From a virus (taxonomy: Duplodnaviria; Heunggongvirae; Uroviricota; Caudoviricetes): a stretch of 64,000 nt of DNA. Shown one piece after another: positions 9,537-20,900 of the stretch. The position numbers and the translations under genes are program-made. Every line of letters starts with the position of its first letter. Position 1 is the stretch's first letter. The stretch lies in the IMG/VR virus record IMGVR_UViG_3300031952_000006; one strand, written 5' to 3'. Under the pieces are notes generated by a model. The model made no database searches and was not told the DNA's origin. It worked only from the letters and a program-made list of their open reading frames with translations.

Positions 9537-11735
9537 ATGATAGACCCCATAACCAATTTTGTAATAGCTTCTACAACACTTGAAGACAACTTAACCAAGT
9601 TTACGTTCAGTTTTACTAAACCTACGGGTGACATCGGTGGCTATTATTTATTCATGAGCTCTACAGGTGTCGCCTATATTAGCGTAAAAACTCGTATAGA
9701 TGCGTCACAACCACAAATAGATGAAGATCGAACGTATGATATCGATGGTGTATCGTATTTTGAATATACTACCGAATCTGATTATCATGACGGAAAAATG
9801 CTGTATTTTAAAATGCAAGCTCTCTCTGCTGCTCGAGAATTATCGGTTTTTTCTTCAGTTGAAATAGGATATTCTTATCCATCACAACCATTAAATCTTT
9901 TTGTACAATATAATGGAATTGATGCTACTCTTACATGGGATGAGATTGATTTTACAAACAATAAAAATTCAACATTCACTAATTACAATATTTATCGAGA
10001 TCTTGCTATACCATTAAATGGTACAACATTTGATTCTACTACAAATATCCTATCAAATACTCAATTTACTACAGGCAGTCTCATTTGGGTAATAGATATA
10101 TTTAAGAAATCCCAGTGGTTTGGCGCAGTTGTAGAAGAAGGAGTGTTTGATCTTACATCAACAGGACTTATTGGATACAGTGATACTTCATCTACATATA
10201 CACCAAATATAGATAACCTGAAAATATATATCGATTATAAAAACCCTGCTTTTATTGGAACATCTTCTACAGGACTTTATACGGATACAGCATTTATATT
10301 TGATCGATATTATATTTATTCAATTCGTTCAGCAGGATTGGGGGTGCGCCTTAGCTTTAGTACTCCTTATATGTGTTATGCAATTGACACTACAAATGCG
10401 TATCCATATTTAAGATCGATTGAGAACTCATCGACAGAAATTTTAAATGATCCTTATTGGAAAACATTAAAAGCTGTTCTTATCGATAAGAATTTTTATG
10501 ATAAAACACCGTTTGCTATTCCTTATTCTAAGGATACCACTTACAATCTAAAAGGTTATTTAGGCGTAAGTGAATGCAAATTTGATGTATTTGTTAATGA
10601 TATATACAGTTTTACTACATCAACTGGAGTTTACGGAGAATTTGAGATAAATTATATTTTTCCTAAAGGAAATATTTCAATGGTATTTCAAGCACGGGAT
10701 AAATATAATATAAAATTTTCTCGTAAAAGCGCTCCATATAGCATCAGAACCCTGAATTTGTATACATGGTATGCTGCAGTACTCGGCAGTCAGTATAAAC
10801 AAATTGATATTGAAGCGACAGCGATTAAATCAGATGTTTCTATAGAAACATGTCGCTATTCATATTTTGAAGACAGATTTTCTCCCTTTGTAGGATTGTA
10901 TAAAGAAGGAGATGAAGCTGAAGCTAAATTTACCAGTCTTGCTTCAACAAATTTCAAAGCATTTGAATATGCATCATATGATAAGTCTCTCCAAATGATG
11001 TTTGATTCATTCCAGGAAAACCTACTTGAACTTGATCATTATGAAATTCATTATAATATGAATTTATATGACACACAGAAAACAGCGTATACTTTCACAG
11101 CAACTTCTACTGGACTTGGAAGAGGTGACTATTGGTATGGTATAGCAGCATGTACACGCGATGGAGAAGAAACATCAGTAATTACCCTACGAGTGGATAG
11201 ACGATGGTGGCCAGAACCTTATATGAATGAAAACGTAATTATGTGGGATTATGTGTATGGAGCTGAATTTTATAAAATATATAGAGGAACCACCGAAGCA
11301 GACCTTTATTTTCTAACATCAACTGGAATGAATGTTGCTGTTGATATTAATGGAGAAACTCCCAATCCTGAAATTACACCAGTTCCATATAATTTTACAG
11401 ATATGTTGGAACCCGTTAACGTTAAACTGTATGATAAATACGGAGTAAATAATTTGTTCCTGAGACTTAAAAAAACATCGTCATTGATTATTCTTTTGTT
11501 TGGAGCAGGAAATAATGTTATTGCTGAGTTTGACTTGCAAAGAATTTTGTATCTTCTGAAAAAATTCATCCCACCTGAACTAAAATATTCGATAGTTTTT
11601 TCAAATGATACGAAGGTTATCTTATATCCAGATGGAATTGAAATCAATCTGGTCGAACCTGATCCAATATACGCTTATTATGATTTATCGTATTATTATA
11701 ACCCAAGTCTGGAAGTTGTTGAGGTCTACTCGTGA
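9537..11735 (+). CDS. large virion structural protein, tail-fibre/receptor-binding-like (732 aa)
   Basis: S/T/N/Y-rich beta-type composition with six [ST]STG motifs. First of six co-oriented giant ORFs. Confidence 0.5.
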   Translation: MIDPITNFVIASTTLEDNLTKFTFSFTKPTGDIGGYYLFMSSTGVAYISVKTRIDASQPQIDEDRTYDIDGVSYFEYTTESDYHDGKMLYFKMQALSAARELSVFSSVEIGYSYPSQPLNLFVQYNGIDATLTWDEIDFTNNKNSTFTNYNIYRDLAIPLNGTTFDSTTNILSNTQFTTGSLIWVIDIFKKSQWFGAVVEEGVFDLTSTGLIGYSDTSSTYTPNIDNLKIYIDYKNPAFIGTSSTGLYTDTAFIFDRYYIYSIRSAGLGVRLSFSTPYMCYAIDTTNAYPYLRSIENSSTEILNDPYWKTLKAVLIDKNFYDKTPFAIPYSKDTTYNLKGYLGVSECKFDVFVNDIYSFTTSTGVYGEFEINYIFPKGNISMVFQARDKYNIKFSRKSAPYSIRTLNLYTWYAAVLGSQYKQIDIEATAIKSDVSIETCRYSYFEDRFSPFVGLYKEGDEAEAKFTSLASTNFKAFEYASYDKSLQMMFDSFQENLLELDHYEIHYNMNLYDTQKTAYTFTATSTGLGRGDYWYGIAACTRDGEETSVITLRVDRRWWPEPYMNENVIMWDYVYGAEFYKIYRGTTEADLYFLTSTGMNVAVDINGETPNPEITPVPYNFTDMLEPVNVKLYDKYGVNNLFLRLKKTSSLIILLFGAGNNVIAEFDLQRILYLLKKFIPPELKYSIVFSNDTKVILYPDGIEINLVEPDPIYAYYDLSYYYNPSLEVVEVYS

Positions 11736-13906
11736 GAAAAAGACAGTTTGGTACTAAACGGTTAATATACGCAAGTGACCATAACACTGCTCAAACCTAT
11801 GGCGAGCTAAATACTCGTGAAGTAGCAGTGGATGGTGGGATTAAAGGTATTATTTATGGCGGGGTACTTATACCAAATACCGAAATTGAATATACAATAA
11901 TCCTTGAAGAAACTGTAGCAAGAACACTTGCTGGTGAAAGAATAGTAGTACCTTCCTCATCTAACCCTGTTGTAAATATTTTTATAAAACCATCTATCGA
12001 TCCAGGATTCGGAAACGAAGTTTGGGTAACAGCCTATATTGAATATACATATCAATTAGGAGAATTGGATATAGATGGCGACAACATACCCTATTACAAA
12101 GATTACCAAAATGGTTTTCAGATCGGAACTGTGCAAGGCGTAATTGCTCCGATAGGCACTGCAATAAAACCAAACATACCTTATGGAGCTGTTCTTCTTT
12201 GTGATATCCTGTACAACGCAAATCTCTATCTTACTGGAGCGATTCAGCAATCTGATATAAATACAGCTCGGCAAGATAGATTTGATAGCCAATCTTTTGT
12301 CAATCTTCTTGTAACAGGTACTGCCGATATATATGGTGTCATTATTGCACGAAGCGGTATCGATATGATCGGTACTAACTTCTTTAATGTGTCTGATCCT
12401 GTAATAGGAAGCGATGTTGGCGATAGAGATTATAATGATGTTCGCTACATTCTAAAGTCCGGTGATACGATGACAGGTACGCTCAATGTGCCAGATCTTA
12501 ATGTCAGCGCCAGCATGACTATTCAAAATCTTACTGCCAATGGCAATCTTCTTGTTGGGGGAAGCAGCGTATTCAGTGACAATGTTAATATTGCTGGAAA
12601 TTTGGCTGTTAACTCCGGTGGAGTATCCATTGGCCAGGATTTACGTGTCATCGGATCAATTGAGGGAAAAAGCGTTATTATACCGTGGCAAACAGCAGTA
12701 GATTACACTATTGGAGAAGTAGTTGTTTTTGAAGAAGGAATTTATAAATGCAAGGTAGATCATACCTCAACTGATTTCCTACTTCAAATTGTAAATTGGG
12801 AATCAATTGGTGGGGGCGGCGGAACAACGCACCGAGTGACTATAATAGATCATGGATTTGTTGTTGGAGATGTTTTAAGATATGATAGCCATGCTGATCC
12901 CAATGGATACACCAAAGCTAAAGCTGATAATCCTCACACACTGGGTCAATTTGTTGTTATTCGCATTCTTGATGCGGATAATTTTATAATATCGAGTGGC
13001 GGTTACTTTGAAGATACCAGCGCCACTCTTAATCTCATACCAAATACATGGTACTACTTATCTGATTCAACAGTTGGATTACTTACAGTAACAGAACCTC
13101 CGATATCAAATCCAATATTGTATGCTGTAGCAGCGCATGAAGCATATGTTTTTATATTCAGACCGGCAGTTGGTGCGATGCTTGCTGTTGATGAATATAT
13201 TGCAGAAACAGGACAAACAAAATTTGAATTATCTGTATTACCCATTCACCAGGATTATGTAACTGTTTCTATTGATGGATATGTCCAAAGCAAAAGTATA
13301 TATACATTTTTCTCTTCAACTGGAATAGTTGCCGGAATTCAATTTAACACACCCCTATCTGGTGGAGAAGAAATTAGATTTCAAATAGTCAGCAATGTTT
13401 TTTCTGAAGCTGGCGCAAATCTCGTAACTGATACTATTACTGCAACAACTGATGGTCAATTTACTGTTACAATGTCACGAGTACCTATCTCCAAAGAATA
13501 TATATTGGTATCAATTGATGGTGTTTTTCAACACAAAAGCGCGTTTGATTTCACTGACACGGTATTAACATTTGCAGATCCTCTTCTTACTGGAAACGAA
13601 GTTCAAATTATACATGTAGTTGGTATGAATATAGCTCTCGATCCTGCAGTAGTAAATTCTTTTGTTATCAATTCGTCAACGGGACAAGTCAGTATGAAAA
13701 ATCTTTCTGTTTCTAACGATGCTGGCGCGGGATTAGCAAATATAACAACATTTACTAATGCAAAAGACAATATATTGAGCACGGGTACAGGTTCTATAAA
13801 ATTGAAAGGTACGGGGACAACACAAGATAGTGCTGGTTGGCTTAAGGTATATATCGGAACTACTGCTTGCTATCTCCCCTATTTTACTAATATAACAGGC
13901 GTGTAG
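11732..13906 (+). CDS. tail-fibre-like protein (724 aa)
   Basis: Overlaps upstream ORF by 4 nt. Gly/Asn/Ser-rich shaft-like repeats (NVSASMTIQNLTANGNLLVGGSSVFSDNVNIAGNLAVNSGGVSIG). Confidence 0.5.
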   Translation: MRKRQFGTKRLIYASDHNTAQTYGELNTREVAVDGGIKGIIYGGVLIPNTEIEYTIILEETVARTLAGERIVVPSSSNPVVNIFIKPSIDPGFGNEVWVTAYIEYTYQLGELDIDGDNIPYYKDYQNGFQIGTVQGVIAPIGTAIKPNIPYGAVLLCDILYNANLYLTGAIQQSDINTARQDRFDSQSFVNLLVTGTADIYGVIIARSGIDMIGTNFFNVSDPVIGSDVGDRDYNDVRYILKSGDTMTGTLNVPDLNVSASMTIQNLTANGNLLVGGSSVFSDNVNIAGNLAVNSGGVSIGQDLRVIGSIEGKSVIIPWQTAVDYTIGEVVVFEEGIYKCKVDHTSTDFLLQIVNWESIGGGGGTTHRVTIIDHGFVVGDVLRYDSHADPNGYTKAKADNPHTLGQFVVIRILDADNFIISSGGYFEDTSATLNLIPNTWYYLSDSTVGLLTVTEPPISNPILYAVAAHEAYVFIFRPAVGAMLAVDEYIAETGQTKFELSVLPIHQDYVTVSIDGYVQSKSIYTFFSSTGIVAGIQFNTPLSGGEEIRFQIVSNVFSEAGANLVTDTITATTDGQFTVTMSRVPISKEYILVSIDGVFQHKSAFDFTDTVLTFADPLLTGNEVQIIHVVGMNIALDPAVVNSFVINSSTGQVSMKNLSVSNDAGAGLANITTFTNAKDNILSTGTGSIKLKGTGTTQDSAGWLKVYIGTTACYLPYFTNITGV

Positions 13907-13913
13907 GGCAACC

Positions 13914-16900
13914 ATGGACAAAATAGTATTCGATGCCAAAATACAAAATCTCTATAGTCCTGATTATGAGTATCTTCAGAATACTATAGATACTGAAATA
14001 AAGAAATCATTCAGACAGAATATTCAAAATCCTTTTGTCAGTGCTATCATTAAAGGATTTAATCTTCAAGCAAGTCTGACTGATCCTTCAAAAATTTTAG
14101 TATATCATGAAACCGGATACGGTGGTGTTATTACATCTACCGGTGAGCTTATTGAATCATCAAATAATATCGATCTTGTCGCACCTGCGGATAGTACACC
14201 TGGTGTAGTAAATTATGCATATATTCGGATATATTCTGTCTATGGTACATTTAATAAAAAGAATGAGGTAGTAGAAGAAGGTGTTCAGAAAAATATAGAT
14301 TTATATAACTATACAAAAACGTATGATCGTCTTATTACAAAATGGGAAATTAAAGTTTATACACAGAGCCAGTATCTTGCTTTAACTGACGCTGAAAAAG
14401 CTGAATTGCTTGGTCTTGGTTCTTTTGTTGCAAACGGAACGAATCCTATCACAGAAATAAGTACCGCTGGTCGTGTTTATACTCGCTCATTCATACAACA
14501 AAATTCTATAAAAACTGGAATGATTTCAAGCACGGGTTTTGTTATTACGCAACATAATGTTTCCACCTCAGAACAGACTGACGATCATTACGCAGGAACT
14601 CCCGTTTATCTCCAAGATGATGTTAATGAATTACGTACTCTTGTTCGTGAAATAAAAGGAACAGCAAATTACGATGATTTCATAGATAACTCGCTTCTTA
14701 CATCTGACTCATCGGCCAATAGATTGCATGGTAACGGTGTTCTCGCAGATGAATGGGATGAGCTTGAAGTAATTCCAAACAGTACTGGGCTTGCTGTTGT
14801 TGTTAAAGCTGGTAAAGCAATCGTTCGTGGTGGTGTATCTCACGTTCTTGAAAATGAAACAAAGCTTCTTATTCTTGAACCACAGGTTAACTATCAAGTT
14901 GGCGATTGGGCAACAAGAACGGGTGAAGAACATATTGTTGGGCACAAACCAACATCATTCTCTCTTGCTTATCAGAATGTTGGTAATCTCAAAATAACTG
15001 ACATCTATAATGAACCCTATCCAGAAGGTTTTGACGAAGGCATTGACTATATAGTTGATTATGAAAATGGTATTGTATATATTCCATTAATAGGAAGCAG
15101 GATAGCTGAAGAGAGAGTCAAGTGTTACTATCAATGGGGATATACTCGATACGACCTTGTTGAAATAGGTACAGGAAGTGATGTTAAATTAAAAACGGGT
15201 GTTGCCGGACCAAATGCGCAACCAGAAGCACCGGACACAAATTATCTTTTATTATATCAATTGAAAGTAGATCCTTTTGATAGAACAATACCGCTTGATC
15301 ATATAATTGATACAAGAGTATTTTCTCAATATATAAGAAATCTTTATGAAATAAATTCAACAGCAGAAAGTAAATATAATTTTACTATAAACAAGGCAAC
15401 ATTTCTTACATCATCAGGAGAATACGATAGTTTACATGCGCAATGGAGTATAACAACATACCGTGATGAAGATGTAGCAATTACCTCTACTGGCGGTACT
15501 AGAATATTGACAGCCGTTAGTTGTCTTCCTAACGATGAAGTTTGGCTTATTGTTGATAAAACTCCCTGGACGAATGCTATTACAGTAGAGCTTAATCCTG
15601 TTGCTGGATATCAGGAAGTAGGGCTTGAGGTAGCATCAACTGATACGTCTGGTTTGTATGAATACTCCGACTATTATTTTAAATTAAATGGAACAGAGTA
15701 TAAAACGACAACTTCCAATAGTGTTACCTATGAAGCAGTAGCTGCATTAATGCAAAGTGTTCTTTCCGGGTATCAGTACAATGTAAACTTTATAGTAAAT
15801 GATATTCGAGTTTCTGATAGCTATTACATAGGTACCGATTCCACAATTAATTTAAACCACTGTGCTACAAATTCTGGGGACTTGTTTCATAGTCTTACCG
15901 GATTTACTGCATTTGAACTTCCCTTTAGCAATTACCAAAAACTTGGTTTAACAACCTCAACAGGCGCTGCTTCTGGATTGGAAGCAAACACAACATATTA
16001 TTTTAAAGTTAATTCTGTAGAATATAGAATTCAAACTGCTACAAGTTTAACAATTAATGGCATAACAATATTAATAAATTTAGCAATAGCTGATGCTGGA
16101 TTTAGTGCAGTGGTAGACACAGATGATATTAAAATTTCATCTGAAACAGGAGCAGTCGCTCTTGATTTTTCAAATGGAGATTTATTTACCCATCTTACAG
16201 GTTTTTCTGATTTTGAACCTTCTGTTGATGGAGTCCTCGCAGTAGACACGTACCATGACATTGATCTTTCGTATAAAGACCATGTAGAAAAATTTCCAAT
16301 ACTTATTGAAGATAAACTTTCTGAAGGATTTCATAATATTAGATTAACTGTTAATTCCGTTAATGAAACTTTTACATTCTATAGTTTTTTAAGCGGTCGT
16401 TGCGATATTCTATATGATAAAGGTTTTCTTTATAGTGCAGATGAGACAGAACCGTATAAAGTTACGAACTACCGTGGTGTTCACTCAAAATTTTATGTAG
16501 ATCCAACAAACACAAGAAAAGCTCTTATCTACCTCGATAATAAAGAAATTTGCAGTTCTACTGGATTCTATCAAAACTATTGGGATGTTGAACAAGCATA
16601 TCCAGTAAGTAGAGTAGATAATCAAAATATTGTAACGGGCGGTACGCTGGCAATAACTGATTATATATTACCTACTGTTGACAATACAATGACATATACA
16701 GTAGGTAGTACAACAGTTACATGTAACTCTACAAGCATAATCAGCCTCCAAAATTATGACAGACTTTTTGCAACAACATGTGTTCCTTTGGGAGCATATG
16801 TGACTGGAATTACAGATTTAACTCATTTTGAAATGTCAGCCCCCGCAATTGAAAGTGGATCTAACATAGTAACAACAATAGAACACTTCACCAATACAGT

Positions 16901-17978
16901 TATGATTTTCTTTACACCTGCAACAACGTTACTAGCAGCAGAAAATCATCAAAGAGCCGGTGTGTATTTAACCTATTTAGGGACAGGTGGTGAAGGATAT
17001 CCTTGGGATCAGCTAAGCATTCGCATTCACGATGCCCATAATAATCAAGTTGGAGATATTGCATATAAGAATTATTCTAGTACTATCGTAGGATGGAATT
17101 ATTTTGAGATACCTGCTGCACTAATCGCAGGAAATCAATATCACTACCACGTATTAGTTCATGGAAGAGATGGAAGCAATCCCACAATACGAACTGCAAC
17201 TGGAAATACTACAAGCAGATGCTATGTTGAAATGTATAAACCATATACTGGTATGTACAAAGATTCTGATGTTATTAACATTATAAATTCAGCTGGATCA
17301 TCTATTGTTGCTATTCGAGCATCAACAGAAGATTCAGAGAATTTTCGGCATGATCAAAGTATTCTCGATATCATGGGTGTTGATTTCTCTGACAACACTA
17401 TTTGGGCTAACTGGTCGTATGAAACATATATAGGTATCGATGTAAAAACAGGTCGTGTTAAATTTCCTACTGGGTATGACGCAAATAATTATTGGGTAGA
17501 GTTCAATGCAAAACAACGAACTTCTGATTTTGATGCAAAAACAATAATGCGACATGGCGAGACAGAAACTGTTGAAGATACCTTTAGAAGACTCACACAC
17601 GAAGCATATACAATAACAATGAGGAGTGATGGAACACTGAGTGAAGGCGCACTTGTAAGAATCCATCCGAGTACGGGACTTGCTTCGTCAATAACAGACT
17701 ATAGTCAATGGCAGTCCTTCATCGGAATTTGTCATAGGATTCCTACTGTAAATAAATTGGGATATTCAAATCCTGTTGAAATTGCCGTAAGAGGAATTAC
17801 CGTTCTGGCTATTAGTGGTTCTCCTATTAGTGGTTCTCCTATTGTTGGGGATGAAATATACATAACAGCAGGCGGGTTAGCTGACAATGCAACAACAATT
17901 AGCATTGGTCTTGGAAAGAGAGTTGGTGTCATAATGCAAATTATTGACACAACGCACGTAAGACTATTCATCACGTAG
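13914..17978 (+). CDS. giant tail-fibre/receptor-binding-like protein (1354 aa)
   Basis: Recurrent [ST]STG motifs. SGSPISGSPI tandem near the C-terminus. Confidence 0.5.
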   Translation: MDKIVFDAKIQNLYSPDYEYLQNTIDTEIKKSFRQNIQNPFVSAIIKGFNLQASLTDPSKILVYHETGYGGVITSTGELIESSNNIDLVAPADSTPGVVNYAYIRIYSVYGTFNKKNEVVEEGVQKNIDLYNYTKTYDRLITKWEIKVYTQSQYLALTDAEKAELLGLGSFVANGTNPITEISTAGRVYTRSFIQQNSIKTGMISSTGFVITQHNVSTSEQTDDHYAGTPVYLQDDVNELRTLVREIKGTANYDDFIDNSLLTSDSSANRLHGNGVLADEWDELEVIPNSTGLAVVVKAGKAIVRGGVSHVLENETKLLILEPQVNYQVGDWATRTGEEHIVGHKPTSFSLAYQNVGNLKITDIYNEPYPEGFDEGIDYIVDYENGIVYIPLIGSRIAEERVKCYYQWGYTRYDLVEIGTGSDVKLKTGVAGPNAQPEAPDTNYLLLYQLKVDPFDRTIPLDHIIDTRVFSQYIRNLYEINSTAESKYNFTINKATFLTSSGEYDSLHAQWSITTYRDEDVAITSTGGTRILTAVSCLPNDEVWLIVDKTPWTNAITVELNPVAGYQEVGLEVASTDTSGLYEYSDYYFKLNGTEYKTTTSNSVTYEAVAALMQSVLSGYQYNVNFIVNDIRVSDSYYIGTDSTINLNHCATNSGDLFHSLTGFTAFELPFSNYQKLGLTTSTGAASGLEANTTYYFKVNSVEYRIQTATSLTINGITILINLAIADAGFSAVVDTDDIKISSETGAVALDFSNGDLFTHLTGFSDFEPSVDGVLAVDTYHDIDLSYKDHVEKFPILIEDKLSEGFHNIRLTVNSVNETFTFYSFLSGRCDILYDKGFLYSADETEPYKVTNYRGVHSKFYVDPTNTRKALIYLDNKEICSSTGFYQNYWDVEQAYPVSRVDNQNIVTGGTLAITDYILPTVDNTMTYTVGSTTVTCNSTSIISLQNYDRLFATTCVPLGAYVTGITDLTHFEMSAPAIESGSNIVTTIEHFTNTVMIFFTPATTLLAAENHQRAGVYLTYLGTGGEGYPWDQLSIRIHDAHNNQVGDIAYKNYSSTIVGWNYFEIPAALIAGNQYHYHVLVHGRDGSNPTIRTATGNTTSRCYVEMYKPYTGMYKDSDVINIINSAGSSIVAIRASTEDSENFRHDQSILDIMGVDFSDNTIWANWSYETYIGIDVKTGRVKFPTGYDANNYWVEFNAKQRTSDFDAKTIMRHGETETVEDTFRRLTHEAYTITMRSDGTLSEGALVRIHPSTGLASSITDYSQWQSFIGICHRIPTVNKLGYSNPVEIAVRGITVLAISGSPISGSPIVGDEIYITAGGLADNATTISIGLGKRVGVIMQIIDTTHVRLFIT

Positions 17979-17990
17979 AGGTTTCTGTTT

Positions 17991-20900
17991 ATGGGAATTA
18001 CAAAAGCAACTAAAAATGTAATAAATTATAGAGAAATAGTTGATATTACTATGAAGGATGCTGATATAGTTGGTATAAATCAACGCGCCGATGCAGCAGA
18101 CAGAAAAAACCTCGAGCAAGAAATACGTTTAAATTATCTTGAAGGAAGACAAAATTCTTCTTCTACTATTATGTCAGAATTGTATCTTGATGAATCTAAA
18201 ACCGATTTAACATACCTCAATGATGAAAAACCCGCTGAAATAATGGATGATAATGATTGGAATAACAATTGGAAAGAAACGCAACTACCTAGCCCTGTAT
18301 ATAAAAACGGATACATGCGCCCTCGACAAATTCCATACATGCTTGAAAACATGGATGAATACAATTTACTTGATATTTTAAATGGTGACATGGGAGGCAT
18401 GTCGAGGTATGATTCACAAAATGATTGTTATTGGATAATATCTAATCAAGGTGGTTCTAATACACAAGGTGAGATAACTCAAATAAGCCCGAAATTAAAA
18501 GATGGAAAAATAGAAGTTTTACGAAGATGGATGTTACCCGCACACGCACTAAAAACATGGTCAGGAATAGACTTTTATTATTTAGATAGTGTTACTACAT
18601 ATGTAATTGCTGTGGCACAAGGAACAGCAACAACAACATCTATACTACATGGTTGGGCATATAAGCATTATCTAGCAGGATATCCGCAATATTCGTATGT
18701 TATGGGTACGTCTAACGCTCAAAATGGAGATACACTTGCTCCATATCTTTTATATCTTACGGGTACTATGGCAATAGGCTCTCCAACAATAGCAACTGCC
18801 AATACAGCAAGTCTTAGAGTAGGAATGTGGATATCCGGCACAGGAATAACCTCTTGGCAACAGATAACTGCAATAAACAGTGCTACTTTTTTTACCATAA
18901 GCGCTCCATGTATTTCTCCTGCAGGTATTCAAGCTCTTGGATACTTTGATAATAATGGTGCCTTATACATATCTAATTCTTCTCCTGACATTGGATATTA
19001 CAATGATGTGGTTGAGTATGATACTACTTCATATGCGGTTTTAACATGTAATGGCACATCGGCTGTAAATCTTATAAGAAGAGATAAAAATAATTGGTCG
19101 ATTATAAGTGCAATACTAGGTTTTGAAAAATTTGTTGGAGGTTCTACTTCTGTACAAAGATCAATAACGAAGTCAGGAAATAATATTTATATACGTGTGA
19201 ATGATGCGGTTAATGATAAAAGATTTATTTATAAGTTTAATATAACTACAGATATTATATCGGGTGTAGCTGTAACCTGCTCTGGAAGATATGAACTTTC
19301 AAGAAATATAGATGATAGGTATGCTTCAGCAACTAATGCAGCTCCAGGTGGTATTGGTGTATCCAAAGAAGGAGATATCCTTGAAGTAACATCAACCCTG
19401 AATAATGGAAGATTTATATCACGCCGAGCTGTAAAAAATGCATTGATAGCGGAAAATCAAGTTACGGGTGTAACAAAACCATTAGGTGCCTTGGGGCCTG
19501 CCCAACCATACGGACCATCTGCATGCATGGTTGACACTGATGGTAATTATTGGACGGGTGACTATTATGTTTGGGGTGGGTATGTACCAAATAATACAGC
19601 AGGGCTGTATAGATATAAAAAATCTACCGGCGCAGTAACATCAGTGACCTTCACAAATGTAGGTGGGGGAGTAAATGCTATAATTGATGCATGCCACGAT
19701 GGTACGAGCGTATATATAGTTTTTTATTACGGTACCGGCGCAATTTACAGAATTGCAAAAGGTCCTCTTTCAACTTTGCTAGCAGGTATACTACCCAGTT
19801 CAATAGCTATAGGTTCTGGCGGGTGGTCATATCTTACATTCCCATCAGCAGCAAATACTGCACCTATATACGGATTAGCCTATGATTCTGATGCAGGTGT
19901 TCTTTTAGCGACATTATCAACAAATTATATTGCAACTATACCAACAGACGGTTCATCTTTTAATACAACTTCATATAAGTTACCTGCACCTACTAATAAT
20001 TGGTGGGGATGTGCTTATAAAAACGGAAATATCTATGTAAATGAAATGACGTTTGCAGCAACCCCATGTCGAGTCTCAGTTTTTGTTAAATCAAAAATGA
20101 CATCTACTACATGGTTTAGATCACATATTTATCAAGATCCACAAGATTCATTTGCTTCAAATTATTCTAATCAAGGAAGATACGGTATTGACTTTGATGG
20201 AAATGATTTAATAAGCATAAGCTATACAGCCAAGGTATTTACAAAGCATGCGACTCTCGTTGATCCTGATGTAATGCAATTGCATACATTTATTGATGGA
20301 AATAACATACTACCGACAAGCACAGTATGCTCTGCAACTCCCATAGTAGAAAGATACTTTGAACCAAATGAATTTTCTGATCCACGAGATGTCCCCGATA
20401 AAAATTATATGGTTTTGGGCTATGGTAAAGTATCCACAACCTACGGTGGATTCTCAGAACTGCATCTTGATGAATACTTATCTGACAAAAGCATTACCGG
20501 AAAAGATAGGTACGATGTAAGTAAAATAAGAACCAGACATTATTTGGGAGTAGCAACAAGCCCAAATAATATTGTAGGGTATTATACAGGATGGAACGGA
20601 GGTGTTCCTTCCACGACTTCTGTGTTTGTAGATAGAGACATGATTTTTGCAAGTATATGGAATCCAGGTGGTACGTCTGACTCAGGCCCAACTGTGTATA
20701 TGATTGATTTACTAAAAAGTAAAGCATTTTGCTTTGGTTCAGCATTTAATGTATCATACGGAAGAGCAAGTTACTGGGGAGCTCGATATAATGGAAACCT
20801 ATCCCAACGAAATGATAACCTTGGCTATAATATGAGCTCATCCCCTGAATTAGCTTTGAACACTAATGGAATTGCATATCATTATATATCATATGTGCAT

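Noticed and set aside
17805-17850. Near-perfect 15-nt direct tandem repeat (TTAGTGGTTCTCCTA x2) inside the 1354-aa fibre gene.
   Set aside because: It encodes the in-frame SGSPISGSPI duplication. It is an ordinary short coding tandem duplication, not a regulatory or mobile repeat.
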